A stretch of DNA of 63,746 nt, filler included, from Candidatus Nanoarchaeia archaeon (GTDB lineage: Archaea > Nanobdellota > Nanobdellia > Woesearchaeales > DATDTY01), in the NCBI GenBank assembly GCA_035290625.1. It is 5 parts of 5 records of this genome, joined end to end, with 100 filler letters (N's around TTAATTAATTAA, not from the genome) between each part and the next. Parts side by side here need not be neighbours in the genome. Positions count along the whole stretch, not along the records: positions 51,822 to 60,195 come from DATDTY010000050.1; positions 60,296 to 63,746 come from DATDTY010000053.1; 3 more parts are not named here. One strand, 5' to 3'. Below the pieces are notes generated by a model that was given only the letters and a program-made list of their open reading frames with translations, was not told the DNA's origin and did no database searches. Both the position numbers and the translations under genes were made by a program. Below, one piece after another: positions 53,106 through 62,675 of this stretch (the first letter of the stretch is position 1; the number at the start of each line of letters is the position of its first letter).

Positions 53106-54614
53106 ATGGCCTCTCAACAGATACCCGAACTCCTTGAAACACTCCATCCTCTTGAGCGCAGAGTTCTTCCCCATCTTCTGAAGGACCCCGACCTTGCATC
53201 TGTTGTCCGGGCAAGTGGCCTTGCTGAAATCGAGGTCATGCGGGCCTTCCAGTGGCTTGCTCGTAAGAAGATTGTCAATCTATCAATTGTTGCCAAAGAA
53301 GTTGCCAGGCTTGACGGCCTTGGAGAAACGTACAAGAAGCTTGGTCTTCCTGAGTACCGGCTGCTCGCATCCCTGAAGAACACCCATGCTATCCAGGACC
53401 TTCCAAAGCTTTCAGGTCTGACACAGCAAGAGGTTGCAGTGTCTGTCGGCCTGCTCAAGACAGAAGGCTGCATTTCAGTTGAGAAAGGCTCTGTGGCAAG
53501 GATTAAAGATAGCCAGCCTGGCAAGGCGCCTTCTGATCTTTTGCTTGCAAAGCTTCCTGCATCGATTTCTGAGCTAAGCACAGACGAGCGTGAGATCCTG
53601 AAAGAACTCCAGAAGCGCAACCAGATTGTGCGTATGACGCTTGAAAAGAACGTCAAGGCGCATCTCACCTCTCTCGGAAAGCAGGCTGCAGAACGGATGG
53701 GCGAAAGCCAGCTCATCGAAGCCCTGGACTCTGTTATCCTGCAGAAGAAACAGTGGAAAGACAAGCGTTTTCGGAGATATGACGTTGTGGCTCCTGTGCC
53801 CCGCATCTATCCTGGAAAAAAGCAGCCCTATAGGAGCTTCCTTGACTATGTCAGGAGGCAGTTTCAAAGCCTTGGCTTTACCGAGATGTTTGGCCCGCTT
53901 GTCGAGGCAGAGTTCTGGGATATGGATGCCTTGTTTATGCCGCAAGACCATAGCGCGAGGGACATCCATTCGGCTTACTATGTGCAGGAGCCAAGAACCA
54001 TGAAGATCAACCCCTCTGTCCTTGCAAAGGTCAGGAGCAGCCACGAGGATGGATTCAACACCGGATCATTGGGATGGCAGTACTCTTTTGCTCTGGAGCA
54101 GACGCAACGCACGATCCTCAGGACCCAGGGAACCGCATGCTCTGCCAGGATGCTGGCAAGCAAAGAACTCCAGATTCCGGGAAAGTATTTTGCCATTGTG
54201 CGCTGTTTCAGGCCTGATATCATTGATGCAACCCACAATGTGGATTTTTTCCAGACTGAAGGGATTGTTGTTGATGAAGGGCTTAATCTTAGACATCTCA
54301 AATGGCTGCTGAAACTCTTTGCAGAGAAATTTGCAGATACTTCAACCATTAAGATCAAGCCGGGCTATTTTCCGTTCACCGAGCCTTCACTTGAGCTTTA
54401 TGCGCGGCATCCGAAGCTTGGCTGGATAGAACTTGGGGGGGCAGGGATCCTCCGGCCTGAAGTTGTAAAGCCCCTTACAGGCAAGGACATCAGTGTCCTG
54501 GCTTGGGGGATCGGGATAGACCGCATCGGGATGTTCAAGCTTGGGATCAAGGATATCCGTGATCTGTTCAGCTCAGATCTTGGGGCTTTAAGAAACAGCA
54601 ACGCCTTTTACTAA
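53106..54614 (+). CDS. pheS: Phenylalanine-tRNA ligase alpha subunit (archaeal type)
   Basis: LFMPQDHSARD, DATH..F.Q.EG, YFPFTEPS, AWGIGIDR. Confidence 0.97.
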   Translation: MASQQIPELLETLHPLERRVLPHLLKDPDLASVVRASGLAEIEVMRAFQWLARKKIVNLSIVAKEVARLDGLGETYKKLGLPEYRLLASLKNTHAIQDLPKLSGLTQQEVAVSVGLLKTEGCISVEKGSVARIKDSQPGKAPSDLLLAKLPASISELSTDEREILKELQKRNQIVRMTLEKNVKAHLTSLGKQAAERMGESQLIEALDSVILQKKQWKDKRFRRYDVVAPVPRIYPGKKQPYRSFLDYVRRQFQSLGFTEMFGPLVEAEFWDMDALFMPQDHSARDIHSAYYVQEPRTMKINPSVLAKVRSSHEDGFNTGSLGWQYSFALEQTQRTILRTQGTACSARMLASKELQIPGKYFAIVRCFRPDIIDATHNVDFFQTEGIVVDEGLNLRHLKWLLKLFAEKFADTSTIKIKPGYFPFTEPSLELYARHPKLGWIELGGAGILRPEVVKPLTGKDISVLAWGIGIDRIGMFKLGIKDIRDLFSSDLGALRNSNAFY

Positions 54615-54615
54615 C

Positions 54616-56280
54616 ATGCCAACTATCACCCTGATTAAGAAGGATCTCGAGGCCTTATCGGGAAAGAGGTTTTCCCTGAAGGAGATTGAGCGCCTTCTGG
54701 AATATGGGAAAGGAGAGCTCGCAAGCTATGATGAGAAAAGCGACGAGCTCAAGCTTGAGTTCCAGGACACGAATATGCCGTATCTCTGGTCAGCAGAGGG
54801 TGTTAGCAGGCTCTTTCGCGGGATTCTTGGCAAGCAGACCGGCCTGCAGATCCCACGTTTTTTGAAGAGCAGGCATAGTATCATCGTAGACCCTTCCATT
54901 GAGAGCATCAGGCCTCATATCGGAGCTTTTGTTGCAGAGGGAGCGGCCATTGATGAGCAGACGCTCCAGCAGCTTATCAGCCTTCAGGAGAAGCTTGCAG
55001 AGACCTATGGCAGGCAGCGCCGCAAGGTTTCTCTGGGCATCTACAAGTGCGATGCGATCACTTTCCCTGTTACTTACAAGGCAGCAGATCCGGATTCTGT
55101 CTCATTTATCCCTCTTGATTTCAATGAATCAATGACCTTGCGCCGCATACTCCATGAGCACCCAAAAGGCAAGGAGTACGGGCATCTGGTGCAAAAGCAC
55201 AGCAGTTACCCCCTCCTTATAGATTCCATGCAGGAGGTGCTGAGCTTTCCGCCTATCATCAATTCCAATACTACTGGCAGGGTTCAGCCAGGAGACACCA
55301 AGATTCTGGTAGAAGCAACCGGAACTGATTATGGGGCTGTCCAGCTGAGCCTCATCATCTTTGCATTTGGCCTTGCTGACCGGGGGTTTTCTCTCTCCAG
55401 CATCAGCGTGCGGGCTGGATCCCGGATAGTCCAGACTCCGCACATCGAACGCAAGTCTTTGCGGATTTCAAAAGATGATGTTGCATCCCTGCTTGGCGTG
55501 GCTCTGCAAGAGAGTCAAATCAAGACCATCCTTGAACGCTTTGGCTATGGAGTGCAGGGAATGACTGCCACTCCGCCTTTGTACCGCAAGGATATCCTCC
55601 ACCCAAGAGACGTCATTGAGGATATTGCGATCGGTTATGGCTATGAGAAGCTTGAGGGCATTCCATTGTCTTCGTATACACAACCTCTCGTGCATCAGCT
55701 CGTCGCTTTTATTGATGTCTGCAGGGATCTCATGATCGGATTTGGCTTTCAAGAGGTGCAGAGCCCTCTACTCACAAATCCTCTTGTTATGTCAGATTCC
55801 ATGCGGCTTCCTGCGAAGGATCTCGTTCAGCTGAAGAACCCAATGTCAGAAACCTACTCAGCTGTTCGGAACTCACTCCTCCCCCAATTGCTTGAATTTG
55901 CATCAAAAAACAAGCATCAGGGATACCCACAATCCGTCTTTGAGGAAGGGCCTATCACCAGCATCAGCCAGCCTTCTGCGTCGAATGGGCCTGATCCTGA
56001 GCATCTTGCAGCAGTGCTGCTGCATGATAAGGCAAACTACACCCACATGAAGCAGATCCTTGAGGCATTCTTCCGGGCTCTCGGAGCAACAATCACCCCG
56101 GCTCCTTTTGACCACCCTTCCTTTATACCTGGAAGATGCGCTGAGGTCGTTCTTAAAAAGAGGATAGGCTATTTTGGAGAAATCCATCCCGAAGTCCTGG
56201 AAGCATTTGCTATCGGTGTTCCCTGCATCGGCTTTGAGCTCGATCTCTCTAGCCTGTTCAGCTTCAGAAATAGGAAATAA
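54616..56280 (+). CDS. pheT: Phenylalanine-tRNA ligase beta subunit
   Basis: MPTI, SFPPIINS, DILHPRDVIEDIAIGYGY, GEIHPEVL. Confidence 0.97.
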   Translation: MPTITLIKKDLEALSGKRFSLKEIERLLEYGKGELASYDEKSDELKLEFQDTNMPYLWSAEGVSRLFRGILGKQTGLQIPRFLKSRHSIIVDPSIESIRPHIGAFVAEGAAIDEQTLQQLISLQEKLAETYGRQRRKVSLGIYKCDAITFPVTYKAADPDSVSFIPLDFNESMTLRRILHEHPKGKEYGHLVQKHSSYPLLIDSMQEVLSFPPIINSNTTGRVQPGDTKILVEATGTDYGAVQLSLIIFAFGLADRGFSLSSISVRAGSRIVQTPHIERKSLRISKDDVASLLGVALQESQIKTILERFGYGVQGMTATPPLYRKDILHPRDVIEDIAIGYGYEKLEGIPLSSYTQPLVHQLVAFIDVCRDLMIGFGFQEVQSPLLTNPLVMSDSMRLPAKDLVQLKNPMSETYSAVRNSLLPQLLEFASKNKHQGYPQSVFEEGPITSISQPSASNGPDPEHLAAVLLHDKANYTHMKQILEAFFRALGATITPAPFDHPSFIPGRCAEVVLKKRIGYFGEIHPEVLEAFAIGVPCIGFELDLSSLFSFRNRK

Positions 56281-56287
56281 GTCTATC

Positions 56288-56605
56288 TCACTTGGACGCA
56301 GCTTTATCCTTTGGCTCAGCTTTCTTCCTGGCCTTCTTCGGTTTTGGCGTCTCCTCTTTCAGAGATTTTTTTACCGCGGCTTCAATGCCTATCTTCTTCA
56401 ATGCCTCAACGACAGCTTCGTGGTCTGCCTTCTGGCTGATTTCTATCACCTTATCAATGGGCTCGAGATGAAGTATATTGCATTTTCTTCTCCGTGTTTC
56501 CCCATCTACCAGAACATGATTCTTGTCAATGGTGTCAATGACAACACACCTCTTTCCAGCATCCCTTCCTGCAGTCTTCAGGCACAATCTTCCAACTTCC
56601 ATCAT
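56288..56605 (-). CDS. rpl14e: 50S ribosomal protein L14e
   Basis: EVGRLCLKTAGRDAGKRCVV...RRRKCNILHLEP. Confidence 0.95.
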   Translation of the reverse strand: MMEVGRLCLKTAGRDAGKRCVVIDTIDKNHVLVDGETRRRKCNILHLEPIDKVIEISQKADHEAVVEALKKIGIEAAVKKSLKEETPKPKKARKKAEPKDKAASK

Positions 56606-56889
56606 TGTGATGCACCTTTGAACTCCATACTGCGAGCCTTTACCGTGATACGCTGCCTTGTGCATCTGCTGCACAGCACGCCTCCAAAAGGGCGCTCGGG
56701 CCTTTTCTGAGTCTTTGCCATGCTCCTGAGCTCTGCCGGGCTCGCCCTCGGCATCCCCTTTAGAGCATCGCCGCAGCCAGCACATCTATGCTGCTTCGGC
56801 TTTCTCTTCTTGTACTGTATGACTCTCCCTTTGGGAACCCGTACATGGATACGCCTGTATGTCCTGGACCGAAGACTGCCTCTGACCAT
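56602..56889 (-). CDS. rpl34e: 50S ribosomal protein L34e
   Basis: CAGCG, KRPERPFGGVLCSRC. Confidence 0.95.
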   Translation of the reverse strand: MVRGSLRSRTYRRIHVRVPKGRVIQYKKRKPKQHRCAGCGDALKGMPRASPAELRSMAKTQKRPERPFGGVLCSRCTRQRITVKARSMEFKGASQ

Positions 56890-57230
56890 GCTGGTTGGGG
56901 GTAGGGATGGGTTTAAAAAGGTTGCTTTATCATGGGCGTAACTCAGCGTTCGTATTTAATGCCCATGTATAAACCATAATCAGATAAAACTGGATGTCCT
57001 GGTTTTAAGCCAGCGCAAGCTTGTTCTGCTGCTACTGAAAACACCATCACCGGCATATTTCTTGTATGCGCTTGCTCAGCAACTGCCGCAACAGAAGGAG
57101 TTTCTGCAGAAGAGCTATATGGCTCGATTATTACAATGTCATAATTTCAAGAGGTTTTTAGGGAATTCTCTCCGTTAAAGCGAACAAAGTGATCAATCTA
57201 GGAAAACAGAAAGGGCAAGGAGTAGTTTTA

Positions 57231-57548
57231 TTACATTGGAATTATTTTGATTCCTTCTTTGTCTTTCGTTAATGTTCCATGTTTTCCAGCAGAAATATTG
57301 TATTCATCTGCAATGTCGCTTGGAATTCTAACAGCAATACTATTTCCCCATTTAGAAAATGTTATATCTTTTGCATGCCTTAATTTTCTATATTTGCCTG
57401 CCAATACTTTTAATTGTTTCATATTCATAATTTCTTCTCCACATTCCAAGCATTTATAAGTTTCAAATTCTATTCCATCCTGCTCCATAACATCTTTTTT
57501 CTTTTCCATTTTTCCTTTCTGACATACTGGGCATTTCATTTTAATCAC
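57231..57548 (-). CDS. Putative antitoxin: YgiT-type zinc finger + AbrB/MazE domain
   Basis: CPVC...CLECGE; SKWGNSIAVRIP. Confidence 0.85.
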   Translation of the reverse strand: MIKMKCPVCQKGKMEKKKDVMEQDGIEFETYKCLECGEEIMNMKQLKVLAGKYRKLRHAKDITFSKWGNSIAVRIPSDIADEYNISAGKHGTLTKDKEGIKIIPM

Positions 57549-57783
57549 CTCGTTCTATTGTTTTGATTATTATACAATGACCTAAATCTTCGCCAACACA
57601 GATTATTGAGCCTTCTTTGCTCTTTTTGACAAATTTTATTCCATGCTTTCCAAATCTTTTTACTTTTCCTGTTTGCAAAACATCGTAAACTTGGTCTGGA
57701 AAAGCAATTTCTCTTTCCCTTGCTCTTTTAACAGCATGGACTTTGATGACAATAGGTTTACCTTGAAAGTAAATATCTTCCAT
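57541..57783 (-). CDS. Putative DUF4258/RelE-like toxin
   Basis: HAVKRARER.I, C-terminal IIKTI; overlaps the antitoxin start. Confidence 0.7.
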   Translation of the reverse strand: MEDIYFQGKPIVIKVHAVKRAREREIAFPDQVYDVLQTGKVKRFGKHGIKFVKKSKEGSIICVGEDLGHCIIIKTIERGD

Positions 57784-57893
57784 GATGTAGATACTTGGAT
57801 ATACATGTATATAAATCTTGTGGTTTTATGAATGTTAGTTAAGGGGAAAAAGAAAACGTAACTATTATAAAGTAAATATTATTTCGGTTATAT

Positions 57894-58667
57894 ATGAAAT
57901 TCAGACCATGCATTGATATTCATAAAGGACAAGTCAAACAAATTGTGGGTGGGACTTTAAGAGATGATTCTCTGGGTTTAATTGAAAATTTTGTTGCCGG
58001 CAAAGATGCTGCTTATTTTGCAGAAATGTATAAAAAAGATCGATTAATAGGTGGGCATGTGATTATGCTTGGACCTGGGAATGAAGAAGAAGCGTTAAAA
58101 GCATTAAGAGCATATCCTCAAGGATTACAGATTGGCGGAGGAATCAAACCTGAAAATGCAGAATATTTTTTAGAACAAGGAACAAGCCATGTTATTGTAA
58201 CCTCTTATGTTTTTAAAGATGGTAAGATTAATTTTGAGAATCTCGACAAATTAGTTAGCGTTGTTGGAACTAACAGATTAGTTCTAGATTTGAGTTGTAG
58301 GGAAAGAGATGGAACATATTTAGTTGTGACAGATAGATGGCAAAATTTTACAGATTTTGAAGTAACTCCTGAGCATCTTGGCCAATTAGCTAGTTATTGT
58401 GATGAATTTCTCATTCATGGAGCTGATGTTGAAGGCCAATGTAATGGAATTCAAACAGGCCTTGTACGAAGATTAGGATTATGGGCAAGTAGACAAGATG
58501 TTAATACTACTATGACTTATGCTGGAGGAATTCGATCCTTAGATGATCTTAAATCAACGCAGCGTCTTGGCAATGGTAAATTAGATTTTACAGTAGGTAG
58601 TGCTCTAGATATTTTTGGTGGAAAATCATTAACTTACAGGGAAGTTGTTGATTGGAAACCAGAGTAG
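57894..58667 (+). CDS. hisA: HisA isomerase of the His6 ('eukaryotic') type
   Basis: FRPCIDIHKGQVKQIVGGTL, GGHVIMLG, LDLSCR, TVGSALDIFGG. Confidence 0.93.
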   Translation: MKFRPCIDIHKGQVKQIVGGTLRDDSLGLIENFVAGKDAAYFAEMYKKDRLIGGHVIMLGPGNEEEALKALRAYPQGLQIGGGIKPENAEYFLEQGTSHVIVTSYVFKDGKINFENLDKLVSVVGTNRLVLDLSCRERDGTYLVVTDRWQNFTDFEVTPEHLGQLASYCDEFLIHGADVEGQCNGIQTGLVRRLGLWASRQDVNTTMTYAGGIRSLDDLKSTQRLGNGKLDFTVGSALDIFGGKSLTYREVVDWKPE

Positions 58668-59000
58668 TTTTCTTTTGCCCAAAATAAATTGTTTTGCCCC
58701 CGAGTAATCTTGAAACTAATTCTTGTTAAGTTCGTTTCCCATACGCAAGTGTGGGAAAACTGCGTCCGCAGAGTTGTGTTTAAGTTCCAATCAATCCGAG
58801 GCGTAGCCGAGACATACTGTCCGAAGGACTGGGGGAGTTCTATTCCATAAAAAGAGCTTTAGCGATACTACAAGAATAAGGATCAGGGGGAGTTCCTATC
58901 TTGTTTTTCGCATTCCAAGGCGGGGCGTTTCTTACAAAGACTACTTTACAGTGATAAATAGCGAAAGCTTTATAAATAAGTGTTTATTTTAGCTCTTAAA

Positions 59001-59843
59001 ATGACATTAGAAAACGTTACAGGAAATTTATTGGCTTACAAAGGATTAGAGCCAGGCACATTTCAGCATGTTGACCAGCTTACTACTGAGCGAAGAACCA
59101 ATCATGGATTAAGAAATCAATGGTTTTATACTGCTGATGGAGAATTATATACTGTTCAAAAAAGAAAGCATTTATGGGTTATTACTCGTGAACCACAAAA
59201 TTTAGTCTTAGAAAATATTGACGGAGCATATAGGCAACTAACAGTACAAGGAGACTATTTTCCCGATACCGAAGCTGCTCAAACTTCTTTAGAGCATAAA
59301 GACAGTGTTGTTGTTAATCTAAAAGGATTAAAACTTGTGAAAGATAATGATCAATATGGTCACTTTGTGGTTGATCCTAAAGCAGTAAAGAAGTTAAATT
59401 CTGAGCAAAGAAAAGCTGCTCAACGTATCTATGGTCCCGATGAGGAAAATTTTGGCCTAAACATGGAGATGTTTGCAGAAGCAGGAAAAACTCCCTATGT
59501 TTTAGTATTAATGCCTGATTATGTGCAAGGTACTTTAAGAAGTAATGATAAAAAATTCGTTGGGCGGGCTTCGTGGCTGAATGGTTTCGGCAGCAATTCC
59601 CATTTCAATGCCCTTGATCGTGACGTAGACAATCGGGACGCCCTGCGTGGGGTACGTCGTGTCATCGCCGAAGGCGACGCGCCCGAAAATGAAGTTCCAC
59701 ATGCTCCACAGGAAACAGGAATTGTTGGACAGCTTCCACTTGAAGATATTCTAGCTTGTTTGGGCGAGGATGTTGCTCCATCTGTAAGACCTGCTATTGA
59801 AGGAAGAATAAAAGAAGTTTATAGAAAAGCATATAAACAATAA
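59001..59843 (+). CDS. Probable DGR target (variable) protein
   Basis: C-terminal RASWLNGFGSNSHFNALDRDVDNRDALRGV followed by a TCGCC-GAA-GGCGA hairpin. Confidence 0.65.
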   Translation: MTLENVTGNLLAYKGLEPGTFQHVDQLTTERRTNHGLRNQWFYTADGELYTVQKRKHLWVITREPQNLVLENIDGAYRQLTVQGDYFPDTEAAQTSLEHKDSVVVNLKGLKLVKDNDQYGHFVVDPKAVKKLNSEQRKAAQRIYGPDEENFGLNMEMFAEAGKTPYVLVLMPDYVQGTLRSNDKKFVGRASWLNGFGSNSHFNALDRDVDNRDALRGVRRVIAEGDAPENEVPHAPQETGIVGQLPLEDILACLGEDVAPSVRPAIEGRIKEVYRKAYKQ

Positions 59844-59872
59844 TTTTTTCTTCACAATTGAAACTAATTGCT

Positions 59873-60126
59873 GTTATCTACCCCGAGCCGAAGGCGAGAG
59901 CGCAGCGGGGGTTGCCCCCTTCGGGGTGCCGAGTAGGCTGAGCGGAGCGAAGCCGTCCGAAGCCATCTTCATCACCGCCGACTGCATAAATAATGAATTT
60001 ATCAGGAACTCCAAAAAATTGTAGATAATTCCTGTTCTACGCCCTGAGCTGAAAGCGAAAGTGCAACGTTGTCGAGGATTTGTGAAGCAAACCGCAGAAG
60101 TTTTTTCGTCGCCGCATAGCTTTAAC
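59873..60126. repeat. GC-rich multi-hairpin noncoding element related to the MITE core
   Basis: GGGGGTTGCCCCCTTCGGGG and GAGCGAAGC motifs shared with families A-C. Confidence 0.45.
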
Positions 60127-60195
60127 AGGAGTTGGGGGTTAAATCTAAGTTTTTTGAATTTTATTTTTAGCAAACATTGTTATCCATGACGCAAA

Positions 60196-60295
60196 NNNNN
60201 NNNNNNNNNNNNNNNNNNNNNNNNNNNNNNNNNNNNNNNTTAATTAATTAANNNNNNNNNNNNNNNNNNNNNNNNNNNNNNNNNNNNNNNNNNNN
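60196..60295. other. Artificial contig linker
   Basis: N-run with TTAATTAATTAA. Confidence 0.98.
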
Positions 60296-60654
60296 CGAGG
60301 TAAGACCGCATCGAAGCTTACGCTTCGAGATTCTGGAAACTCCAGAGCAGGCATTTGTCAGGAAGATGAAAAAGGAGGCTTAATAAACATGAAACGAATT
60401 AAGCTATCGAAGGGAAATACTTTCAGGATAGCACAGCTGCTAAGTTGTTAACCCTACTTTTTGCAAAGGGAAGGGTGCCGCCCCTTTTGCGAGGCAGCCC
60501 AACTGAACTTGAAAAGTTTAATTTACCGCTTGGCAGAAACTCCTGTAAGATTCCGATTTGCCTAAGACACCGCCTTTTCCGCACTTCCAATACTTGGCTG
60601 CTGCCAGTTCGCGAACCATAACCCTTTTAAACACTTGCCAATTTCATCCCTCTT

Positions 60655-61038
60655 ATGGCATTCACCCATGGCAGATCCAGGCGTTCGACTTCAGGAGCCT
60701 ACATCAGAAAGAACCTTAAAGGCAGCAGGCATTTTGCTTCTGGACGGAACCCTACGTTTACCAAGTTTGGCCCAAGGAAGATCAAGCAGGATCGCCAGAA
60801 GGGCGGCGGCACCAAGACACGACTCCTTATGGCAGATATAGTCAATGTTTCTGATGCGAAAACAAAGAAAACATTTAAGGTTAAGATTACCGGAATCCTG
60901 GAGAACCCTGCGTCATCAAACCTTGTCAGGAGAAATATCCTCACAAAAGGAACTGTAGTCCAGACAGAAAAAGGCAAGGCAAGGATTACCTCGCGGCCAG
61001 GGCAGGAAGGGACTGTGAGCGGCGTTTTACTTTCTTAA
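60655..61038 (+). CDS. rps8e: 30S ribosomal protein S8e
   Basis: ENPAS.NLVRRNILTKG, ARITSRPGQEG. Confidence 0.96.
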   Translation: MAFTHGRSRRSTSGAYIRKNLKGSRHFASGRNPTFTKFGPRKIKQDRQKGGGTKTRLLMADIVNVSDAKTKKTFKVKITGILENPASSNLVRRNILTKGTVVQTEKGKARITSRPGQEGTVSGVLLS

Positions 61039-61103
61039 ATTCATCATTAATTAGGGGTTACAAAAAGGAATGTTTATAAACTAACGTATGTTTTCCCGAC
61101 GCT

Positions 61104-62120
61104 ATGAATGAACAATATGCTTGCCCGGCCCATGGGCATATGCTGACAAAGGCCCTCAATGAGGATGGCACTATTGTCCAGCTTCCGGATGCCCTCAAGG
61201 CAAGAGAGCAGCATTATTACTGCCCAAACCCAGAATGCGGGATTAGGGTGGTTCCAGAGGGTGGTTGCATCAACCGGGCTACAGATTTCTATCGGCACGG
61301 ACATTTTAATGCACTCCCTGGTATTCCATGCAAACGTCAGGAGACCTACACTGGGCCAAAAAAGTCTCTTACCTCGCTTGTTAAAGAGGCCATAGCTTCT
61401 GGTCTTACCTTCTCCCGTGATTTTGATGTGGTTGAGACTGATTCGTTGTACTCCAGCTTCCATCGTAGGGGTGGGGATACGGGATATACTCCAAAACAGC
61501 CTTTTACTGTAGATATCTTTTGCCGCAGAGAAGGCCGGTATGGCATGGACACTATCCTGCATGTTGTGGAGTTGCCTCTCAAAGGATCATGCAATGACCT
61601 CTATCAAAAAGTCAGGGAAATCGCTTTTGAGCTTCCTCCCTCAAGGAAGAAAAGGGTTCTTGAATCAAATAGCGGCACACTTGAGATTGCACAGCGCATC
61701 TATCAGAATTTTATTGTTGTGATGAATGAGCATTCCTATAAACCTGCTGGCCAAAACGCAGCTGAACTTCCACCTACGGTGCATAATTTTATCGGCGATC
61801 TCTCAGGGCCTATTTATTTTTTCGACCTGGAGCATTTTATTGTTTCAGATGTGAAACTTTCAAGTCCTGAGCCTGTTCCAGATACGCCTCCTAAAAATCC
61901 CAACCGCATTTTTCATGTCCATAAGCGGGATATGCCTTACTTCAGCCTTGAGGGTATTTGGATTGGCAATTTTGCAAAAGAGCTGAGGAACTGGAAGGGC
62001 AGGAACAGCGTGCATATCACTGCCTGGAAGAAAGCGGTTCCCATACCTCTTGATATCGATGAAAATGGAAATCCTGTTTCTGTGTTCCGCAATGGTGGCC
62101 AAGGAGAGTTTTTACTTTAG
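61104..62120 (+). CDS. Hypothetical protein with N-terminal Cys/His zinc-finger-like motif (CoiA-like)
   Basis: YYCPNPECG...HF......C; later VDIF. Confidence 0.55.
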   Translation: MNEQYACPAHGHMLTKALNEDGTIVQLPDALKAREQHYYCPNPECGIRVVPEGGCINRATDFYRHGHFNALPGIPCKRQETYTGPKKSLTSLVKEAIASGLTFSRDFDVVETDSLYSSFHRRGGDTGYTPKQPFTVDIFCRREGRYGMDTILHVVELPLKGSCNDLYQKVREIAFELPPSRKKRVLESNSGTLEIAQRIYQNFIVVMNEHSYKPAGQNAAELPPTVHNFIGDLSGPIYFFDLEHFIVSDVKLSSPEPVPDTPPKNPNRIFHVHKRDMPYFSLEGIWIGNFAKELRNWKGRNSVHITAWKKAVPIPLDIDENGNPVSVFRNGGQGEFLL

Positions 62121-62129
62121 GGGATTTAT

Positions 62130-62465
62130 ATGGCACTTGACCCTGAAGCGCGTTACTCTTTACAACTTACATCTCTTATAACCAAACTCATGAGTGCAGC
62201 AGGCCTTTATTCTACTAGTCGGGGATATATGTTGCAATCCCAATATGATACTGATGTTAAGCAGTCCTCCATTTTCGTCTATGAACTCCTTAAGGCCTTT
62301 CAGGCCTACCATACTAAGAAAGACTCAGGTTCGCTGCTTGCTGCAGACCCGTCCGCCAGCATACGAAGATTTATAATTGACTCAGCGGCAGACCTCCCTA
62401 AGAATGCCCGCGATTTTCTCGACGATGTTGTTACAGAAGGCATCGGTATGTTTCATGACCGGTGA
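62130..62465 (+). CDS. Hypothetical protein
   Basis: 111-aa ORF; its stop codon lies in the target duplication of the family A element. Confidence 0.5.
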   Translation: MALDPEARYSLQLTSLITKLMSAAGLYSTSRGYMLQSQYDTDVKQSSIFVYELLKAFQAYHTKKDSGSLLAADPSASIRRFIIDSAADLPKNARDFLDDVVTEGIGMFHDR

Positions 62466-62469
62466 AAAA

Positions 62470-62675
62470 GGTGGCATTGAAAAGTCATGCAGCGCCCTCT
62501 TGTGAGCCATCTTAAAATAAGACAGCAGAGCGACAAGGAGGTTGCCCCCTTCGGGGAATGTCGCTATTCTTCCTGACTTGCGCATGGCGAACTGCTCCGC
62601 AGGAGCGACCAAAAATGCGAAGCATTTTTGAGTACTGGCGCTGCCGAGCGAAGCGAGCAACTTTTCAATGCGACC
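62470..62675. mobile_element. MITE-like element family A, copy 4 (with 42-bp insertion)
   Basis: TIR GGT(G/C)GCATTGAAAAGT; perfect 8-bp TSD GTGAAAAA (62462-62469, 62676-62683). Confidence 0.9.

Noticed and set aside
56940..57150. Possible degraded receiver-domain gene on the minus strand
   Set aside because: Only vague similarity across a frame break; cannot be supported
14222..59843. Complete DGR formed by the four-helix-bundle gene and the VR-bearing gene
   Set aside because: Different contigs, and no reverse transcriptase or template repeat found in the window
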